Assembly (NCBI GenBank): GCA_965213735.1
Contig: CBDCAB010000005.1
Coordinates: 279,134-343,133, forward strand
Source: Saprospiraceae bacterium
Lineage (GTDB): Bacteria; Bacteroidota; Bacteroidia; Chitinophagales; Saprospiraceae
Length of the DNA stretch: 64,000 nt
Reading direction: 5' to 3'
In this document: positions 10,595 through 16,533 of the stretch, piece by piece
Layout: each line of letters starts with the position of its first letter
Position numbering within the stretch: position 1 is the first letter of the stretch
Notes under the pieces: generated by a model
Told to the model about the DNA's origin: nothing
Database searches by the model: none
What the model saw: the letters and a program-made list of their open reading frames with translations, nothing else
Made by a program: the position numbers and the translations under genes

Positions 10595-11500
10595 ATGAAC
10601 AGAGAATGGTTAGAGAAAGCTATCAGGGAACTCCCTCACTTTGCGGCGCTGAGTGAGGAAGATGCTAAAGAAAATTCTAGTGATTGGTTGAAGCTTATTG
10701 AGAGTTTTAAAGCTGTTACGGATCAATACCTTGATAACAGTCGTCAACAGATGCAGGATATCTTGATGAGGAACTCAGAATTTCCACTACTTTTTAGTTT
10801 ATCCATAAGTTATCATCATTATCTATTCACGTATTTTATAGAGAAGGCAGGAAGTGACAAAGATACTGAACGTCCAATGTTCTATGCCGGGTCTCTTATG
10901 GCCTTGGCGCTTGAGCATCATGTAAGTTTGTATAACTTAATGATCAGAGGACTTGAAAGCTCTGCTCGGATACTGTTCCGAGCCTTGATTGAAGTGTATG
11001 ATTTAGTACTATGTGTGAGTCAGGATGAGGAATTCATGCAAAATTACACTAAAATTCGAATGGACCACGAAGGGATTGATCATATAATTCCAATGAAGAC
11101 GGGTAGTATTGACCGAGCAGTAAATCGAATACTTCATCGAATTGATCTTGACCCCGATAAATTCTTTACCAAATTGAGGAAAAGTGTTTACAAAGATCTC
11201 TCAGACTTTGTACATGTGTCAGCCGACACGGTTGTGATGTCTGTAATGCAAAATCATATTGACAACGAATCGAGCTCTAGGCAGTTTCGTCCGGGAGGAC
11301 TGCATACCAAAACTACTAAAACCTTTTATCTAAGCGTATTGAATTATTCTTCGCACTTCGTATCGCTTGCGTGTAGTAATTTAGTCAAATCTAAATATCT
11401 TTATTTTGACGAGGATGATATCCAATTACGGGCAGCCAGAGAAGCGTTGAACTTAGGCATTGAACTGCAGCTTAAGTGGGTGGCTAGCTTAAAGCTGTAG
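10595..11500 (+). CDS. Hypothetical, predominantly alpha-helical protein
   Basis: 301-aa AT-rich ORF, co-directional with and 46 nt downstream of the previous gene. I recognise no catalytic motif. Confidence 0.55.
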   Translation: MNREWLEKAIRELPHFAALSEEDAKENSSDWLKLIESFKAVTDQYLDNSRQQMQDILMRNSEFPLLFSLSISYHHYLFTYFIEKAGSDKDTERPMFYAGSLMALALEHHVSLYNLMIRGLESSARILFRALIEVYDLVLCVSQDEEFMQNYTKIRMDHEGIDHIIPMKTGSIDRAVNRILHRIDLDPDKFFTKLRKSVYKDLSDFVHVSADTVVMSVMQNHIDNESSSRQFRPGGLHTKTTKTFYLSVLNYSSHFVSLACSNLVKSKYLYFDEDDIQLRAAREALNLGIELQLKWVASLKL

Positions 11501-11884
11501 TGCCTCGCGTGGGATTCCAGCCTTTACTAACTAGCGACCTCGACCACATAAACAGTCTCTGCTCCAACTCCCGTAGCGTCAACTCCCCCTTTTGCGCCAG
11601 CAGATATTGCCGGTACTCCTCGTAGCCGCACGCAGTCCAGGTGCCGAGGTAAAGGTTCGTGCCACCGAGCGCGCGTACGCTGTGTCGATCCATGACTGCA
11701 TGCACGTTAGGATTGACGAAAGCCATTATCGCGCTGGCCACTGAGATGCCCACTCCAGCCAGGGCAGTGAGCGTATGTACGGCCAGATAAGGCTCCTGTA
11801 GAGAGAGTGCTAAGGAAGGGATGTATTCTACTTCTGCTTCTGTATTGCGCTCCACCTTACTCTTTGTACGTGGTGACTTCCAGG
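11484..11884 (-). pseudogene. 5'-truncated duplicate of the HhH-GPD/OGG-fold gene at 12554-13072
   Basis: Positions 11538-11884 align without gaps to 12575-12921, with about 34 mismatches in 347 nt by manual count. Homology stops at the WKSPRTKSK codons and an in-frame TAA lies just upstream, so about 50 N-terminal residues are missing. Confidence 0.7.
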
Positions 11885-12110
11885 TAGAAAAAGCTTAACG
11901 TCGGCTTTGCCTAATAGGCTAAGGGCGAAAAAGCGCTTGGTTATGGACTTAAACTGGTTAGGAGTGCTGTGTTCGCGCCACACGAAGCAGGAGTACAATT
12001 CGCGAATAACAGCAGCGAGCGTGATGTTTGATCGCTACATCGCTCTCACATGAGAATACTGTGGAGGTTCTCTGTCTAGATCGTACCTTGCAACTCCTAA
12101 AACAAAAAGT

Positions 12111-12497
12111 ATGGGACTCGATTTACTAGCTACATTCAGCGTAATCAAGAAGGAGTCCGTTGCGGACTCTGCAAGTATGATCCAACCGATGATGGTCCCC
12201 GACGAAATCATAGAGCTCGTCTATGCAAGCGTGCGTGACAAGGTATGGTTTACGAACAAGAGACTGATAGCGCTTGACGTACAAGGATTAACCGGCAAAA
12301 AGAAAGAATACCGTTCTTTTCCTTACAGTAAGATTTCCTCATTATCCGTTGAGACCTCTGGCACATTTGATTTTGACGGAGACTTTAAAATCTGGGTTAG
12401 CGGTGTTGGCGTCTTTGAAATCAAGTTTTCGAAGCGCCTTAACATCGCCGAGGTGGGAAATTATATGAGTTTAAAATTGCTTTCTCCTGAGGTATAA
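12111..12497 (+). CDS. Bacterial PH-domain (YokE-like bPH) protein
   Basis: 128 aa. The pattern VWFTNKRLIALD...EYRSFPYSKISSLSVETSGTFDFDGDFKIWVSG is typical of small bacterial pleckstrin-homology-like proteins. Confidence 0.7.
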   Translation: MGLDLLATFSVIKKESVADSASMIQPMMVPDEIIELVYASVRDKVWFTNKRLIALDVQGLTGKKKEYRSFPYSKISSLSVETSGTFDFDGDFKIWVSGVGVFEIKFSKRLNIAEVGNYMSLKLLSPEV

Positions 12498-12553
12498 GAG
12501 TGAGCCCAGGATAGTTCTCGTATTGGCTTGGAAATGAGTTAGGTAACCTTCTG

Positions 12554-13072
12554 TTACAACTTCCCCATCTCCCCCCTCGACCACATAAACAGTCCCTGCT
12601 CCAACTCCCGCAGCGTTAACTCACCCTTTTGCGCCAGCAGATATTGCCGGTACTGCTCGTAGCCGCGAGCAGTCCAGGTGCTGAGGCGCATATTCGTGCC
12701 ACCGAGGGCACGTACGCTGTGTCGATCCATGACTGCGTGCACGTCAGGATTGACGAAGGCCATGATCGCGCTGGCCACTGAGATGCCCACACCAGCAAGG
12801 GCAGTGAGCGTATGCACGGCCAGATATGGCTCTTGTAGAGAGAGTGCTAAGGAGGTAATGTGATCTACTTCTGCTTCTGTATTGCGCCCTGACTTACTCT
12901 TTGTACGCGGTGACTTCCAGGCGATGAGGGCGCGCAGGTCGTCTTTGGTGAGGTGGGTGACTTTGTGTAGGCGGTCGTTGAGAGCTAAATATTCAGCTTC
13001 GCTGCGGTAATCATACCTGGAGGCTAGCTCCTTCAATTCAGATAATCCGGTTGGGATTTGAAATAGCATCAT
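12554..13072 (-). CDS. HhH-GPD-like (8-oxoguanine glycosylase OGG-fold-like) protein
   Basis: 172 aa. The helix-hairpin-helix LTALAGVGISVASAIMAF is followed by VMDRHSVRAL, which parallels LPGVGRKTANVVL...AVDTHIFRV of endonuclease III-type glycosylases. Confidence 0.65.
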   Translation of the reverse strand: MMLFQIPTGLSELKELASRYDYRSEAEYLALNDRLHKVTHLTKDDLRALIAWKSPRTKSKSGRNTEAEVDHITSLALSLQEPYLAVHTLTALAGVGISVASAIMAFVNPDVHAVMDRHSVRALGGTNMRLSTWTARGYEQYRQYLLAQKGELTLRELEQGLFMWSRGEMGKL

Positions 13073-13590
13073 GATCGAGAGACTGGAGAATCAGCAGTAC
13101 TACCCTCTACATCCTCAAAGCTAAGCGCATTTAATAAGGGGCTGTAGTTGTTCTTAAACTCTTCAACTGATTTGAGCTCAGGGTGAAACCTTACCCAAGA
13201 AACATCATTGATCCAGGTGCTACAAAAGTTGCTTATCCAGACTGATGGTATGATGTATACGTCTGGTTGCATGGTAAGACCCGCTGCGCTTTGAAGATCA
13301 ACAAATGCAAAAAATAGATTTTCGGAGTTGACGGTTGCTGCTTTATGTCCTAAGGCAAATTCAAGATGGTGCGGAGCCTTAGCCTTGCCACGGCCTCGCG
13401 TACGCATAGCCCAATCAGCCGTCTTTACCTGAACAGAAAGCGACTTTGTACCGTCTGGATTTGAAGCAAGCAAATCAACAGTGGGTGAGCCACCTCGCGG
13501 TAAAGCGACGACAAGGCCGAGGCAACACATTTGATAGGCAACAAAGTGCTCGCCTGCTGCGCCGATTAAGTTTGCTGGTAATTTGGACAT
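13069..13590 (-). CDS. PD-(D/E)xK endonuclease-like protein (PDDEXK_5 / Hjc-like pattern)
   Basis: 173 aa. GAAGEHFVAYQMCCLGLVVALP....VDLLA.......LSVQVKT gives the E ... D ... Q-x-K arrangement. Its stop overlaps the start of the HhH gene by 4 nt. Confidence 0.65.
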   Translation of the reverse strand: MSKLPANLIGAAGEHFVAYQMCCLGLVVALPRGGSPTVDLLASNPDGTKSLSVQVKTADWAMRTRGRGKAKAPHHLEFALGHKAATVNSENLFFAFVDLQSAAGLTMQPDVYIIPSVWISNFCSTWINDVSWVRFHPELKSVEEFKNNYSPLLNALSFEDVEGSTADSPVSRS

Positions 13591-14142
13591 GGTCTTTGAG
13601 CTTGACGCATATTACGCAAATAATCCCACCTCCTCGCCAAATTCAGTCCATCGCGCAAGCGCTCCCTCGACATGGCGATGCTCAAGCATTCTACGCTTAC
13701 GGTTAGACCACTCTACCGCTTTTTAAGTGATGTCTTGCACTGATGTCGCGCCGAGTATGACGTGCAAATAATCAACAGTTGCCAGCACCTCCAACGAAAA
13801 ATTGAATTCAAAACCGATAATGAGTGCCTGGAGTCGAGGTAATCGGTCTTGCTCTTGAACATCGAGGATATTCGTCGCACCTGCCCCATAAGTTCGATAT
13901 ACCTTACGCGTATCGCGTTACATAAGTAATAGAATAGCGGTCCTATTCCTCTATAATTGCGTTGGGCCGGTGTGCCTGTTAGGGAGCAATAGTGTGGACC
14001 TCGTGGCAGGGGTTGTGGCCGCGGGTGCTATCGGGTATTCCGATAGTGTAAAAAGTTCGCTCCCTAATATCAGGTTTGTAAAGGTTGACGGCCTCAAAGG
14101 TTTGAATGTTAAAGCTTTAGGGGAATTACATAGATCCCTTCA

Positions 14143-15270
14143 TTAGCTAATAGGTATGTTATCTGGTTTTAGCGGAACCTTTGCAAACAGCATCTCTTCT
14201 ATACTATCGTAGTGGTCTGGCTTAACGAAATTCGACGTAAGATCAGAAATCCTTCCAAGTTCGCGAGCACTTATCTGATAAACATTGCCCAAAATTAAGT
14301 CCTCAAGCTTTTTACAATGACCGTCCGACCATTCATTGTCGTTTCGTAAATTAGGATAGGAAGGAAAGAGAACGCAGTTTAATCCACGATCTTCACCAAA
14401 AGCTTGTACTGAAGAGTACTGGATTCCTACGAGTGGTGTGGCAGAGGTAGAGAAGGACATAATCTCTTTTTGCATGACTAGTTTCGCAATAGCATTAGGT
14501 ATGACATAGTACAGTTGATACCCGTAGGAGGCGTCACCCCTGTCTCCTGAATTAATGAACGTCGTATGGCAGAGAAGCCGTAAGGGTAGTGTGAGTAGCT
14601 CTCCAAGCCATATCAGTAGATCTTCCTTGCCGCTAATCTGGCGATCTAGGTCCCCATCTAACGATAAGTCCAGCAGTAACAGATCGCGGCGTGCTTTAAA
14701 TGCAGCTAAGTTACAGTAGTCAACATCGGCTTTGATCCTTTGCTTAGGTAAGAGGTATTTCACCTGGCCACATTCCTTTATAGCAGTAGCAATCGTTGTC
14801 GCCAGATAAAGTGAAGTAACTCCATCGGACGAGTAGCGGGTCTGACGAACTTTGTGTTGGAGTTGAATAGGTACGTGAAATATGGCCTTACGATCTTTGT
14901 CTTTGATAGATTTAACAGCCCCCATATCCCTTCGAATACGATAAAAGGGGCCATCTCCGCGCTTAATTTCTTGAACCAGACTGTTTCTACTCCCCGCTTT
15001 GCTCAGGGACTCAAACATGGATAGTAGCAGCATTTGAATCGCCGAGTCATTTGCAAGGCGTACGTACCCCAGTAGTTCGACGCACGCCTGTACCTGAGTG
15101 TTCAAGCTCGTCCGAATTTTGGACAATAGAACTATGTTGTCTTCATCCTCGTGTTTAGCAATTTCTTCTACCGCTGCACTCTGAAATCGCCTTACATGGC
15201 TCTCAAGCGAGCGAAAGTACTCCCGTCCAGGCTCAAAGGATAGAGGTTTGGCAAATTCAGAAAGCAGCAA
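14143..15270 (-). CDS. RES-domain protein with a long N-terminal helical extension
   Basis: 375 aa. RQTRYSSDGVTSLYLATTIATAIKE supplies the R and E motifs. GIQYSSVQAFGEDRGLNCVLFPS supplies the S motif. Both match the RES family pattern. Confidence 0.6.
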   Translation of the reverse strand: MLLSEFAKPLSFEPGREYFRSLESHVRRFQSAAVEEIAKHEDEDNIVLLSKIRTSLNTQVQACVELLGYVRLANDSAIQMLLLSMFESLSKAGSRNSLVQEIKRGDGPFYRIRRDMGAVKSIKDKDRKAIFHVPIQLQHKVRQTRYSSDGVTSLYLATTIATAIKECGQVKYLLPKQRIKADVDYCNLAAFKARRDLLLLDLSLDGDLDRQISGKEDLLIWLGELLTLPLRLLCHTTFINSGDRGDASYGYQLYYVIPNAIAKLVMQKEIMSFSTSATPLVGIQYSSVQAFGEDRGLNCVLFPSYPNLRNDNEWSDGHCKKLEDLILGNVYQISARELGRISDLTSNFVKPDHYDSIEEMLFAKVPLKPDNIPIS

Positions 15271-15299
15271 AGCAGAAAGGGATGTAGAAAATATACATG

Positions 15300-15962
15300 C
15301 TATGATTCGCCAGCAGGAGCTTGCTGTGCTTTAAGGTACAAGCAGAGCATTCTCCACCAGGCGGCATTGCTAAACACCATTAGGTCTGAGCTACTGAGTG
15401 AGTACGCGACTAGGTGCAAGTGCTCTTGCAGAATATTCATGGGGTACCCCTTATAGCTTACTTCGCTATTGAGTTCCTCTAAACTGACAAGTCGATTTAT
15501 CCACGGTTCGAGTATTAATTTCCAGCCTTCCCACCCATGCAAAAAACTTACAGCGACGTAGAATCCAAAGTGGGCGTTTAGTAATGATTCGAACGAGCGT
15601 TGCTGATCACTTAGTTCGCTTTCGACGTCGTAGCTAAAGATGTAAGCGTGGCTTACGGTGAGTTCAATACCGGAGAGAATCTTGAAAAGCTGCGTGTGCA
15701 CGCGACTAGATGATGTGCCATCACTATTTTCTGCTGGACTAACAAGTGGAGCAATCTGGCTGTCGCGCATTTCCCAATAGAAGTCATTCATCACCTGGCT
15801 TGCATTCACTAGGTAGGAGAGATTTGTGCCCGCCTCGTGTGTAGTTTGCAACAAACCGTTGCGCAATAACTGCGGTATATGGTCGGACACATAGCTATTG
15901 AGTACCGCTTCAAAGAATACCCTCCGATCTTCTCGAGTCTTTTGATCGTCTGCCGAAACCAT
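15300..15962 (-). CDS. Hypothetical protein, middle gene of the RES operon
   Basis: 220-aa ORF. It starts 3 nt after the upstream gene and ends 29 nt before the RES gene. No motif recognised. Confidence 0.5.
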   Translation of the reverse strand: MVSADDQKTREDRRVFFEAVLNSYVSDHIPQLLRNGLLQTTHEAGTNLSYLVNASQVMNDFYWEMRDSQIAPLVSPAENSDGTSSSRVHTQLFKILSGIELTVSHAYIFSYDVESELSDQQRSFESLLNAHFGFYVAVSFLHGWEGWKLILEPWINRLVSLEELNSEVSYKGYPMNILQEHLHLVAYSLSSSDLMVFSNAAWWRMLCLYLKAQQAPAGES

Positions 15963-15965
15963 TCC

Positions 15966-16298
15966 CTATGAGCGCTTCGCGCCTTTCGCTTTTGTCTCCA
16001 CGGCCCGTCTCAGCACGTTGCCTGGGTTCGCTTCCAACGAGACGCCTGTACGTAGGAGAACCCTATCGTTATCGAAATGAAGAGCCTCTTTACGAACGGT
16101 AATCTTAGCAGATTCTCGCTTCCATGCCTGACGTGTTTCAGCCTCCTCGTTTGGGTACGGCTTAGTAAGGTCAACCCGCTTATAGCTAGTTGGCGTCGGT
16201 CCTCTTGCAATGAGGCGCTCCTGCCATACGGCTGTAGTATTCTCCTTGAGTTCGTCCATGTCAGATCGTTTTCTACTGGTAGTAGAAAGCGGGCGCAA
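15966..16298 (-). CDS. Small hypothetical basic protein, first gene of the RES operon
   Basis: 110-aa ORF. An alternative start at 16259 (MDELKEN) gives 97 aa. It is tightly spaced with the next gene and rich in K/R/E. Confidence 0.4.
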   Translation of the reverse strand: MRPLSTTSRKRSDMDELKENTTAVWQERLIARGPTPTSYKRVDLTKPYPNEEAETRQAWKRESAKITVRKEALHFDNDRVLLRTGVSLEANPGNVLRRAVETKAKGAKRS

Positions 16299-16447
16299 AG
16301 GTAACCGGATTCGTCACAAGAACGAAGCCAAACCTATCAAGTATTGCCTATCTCTACGGTATCCGCGTTTGTCGCGGATATGTTCAGGGGAACAAAGCTG
16401 AAATCTACACATTGACAGCTTATTTCTCCGTATCGTGTAGAAAAATC

Positions 16448-16463
16448 TACCGTACGTACGGTA
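16448..16463. promoter_or_regulatory. Perfect 16-bp palindrome TACCGTACGTACGGTA in the divergent RES-operon/hsdR control region (candidate operator)
   Basis: The sequence is self-complementary and lies about 70 nt upstream of the hsdR ATG. Two further 7-bp inverted repeats sit nearby: ATCCGCG/CGCGGAT at 16361-16379 and TCTACAC/GTGTAGA at 16404-16441. Confidence 0.3.
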
Positions 16464-16533
16464 AGTAGCCCCCCGTTTTGCCGAAAGGCACCAAACCCTC
16501 AAACCTCCTACCTTCGTACCATACCCGCAGCGA

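Noticed and set aside
11885-12110. A possible gene fragment on the minus strand (…AAVIRELYSCFVWREHSTPNQFKSITKRFF…) between the truncated HhH copy and the bPH gene
   Set aside because: It is interrupted by stops and I can name no recognisable family. I therefore leave it as unannotated spacer or decayed sequence.
13979-14067. A tRNA-like gene, because of the 9-bp outer stem plus inner hairpin
   Set aside because: There is no T-loop (GTTCRA) or D-loop signature. The arm lengths are wrong for a cloverleaf.
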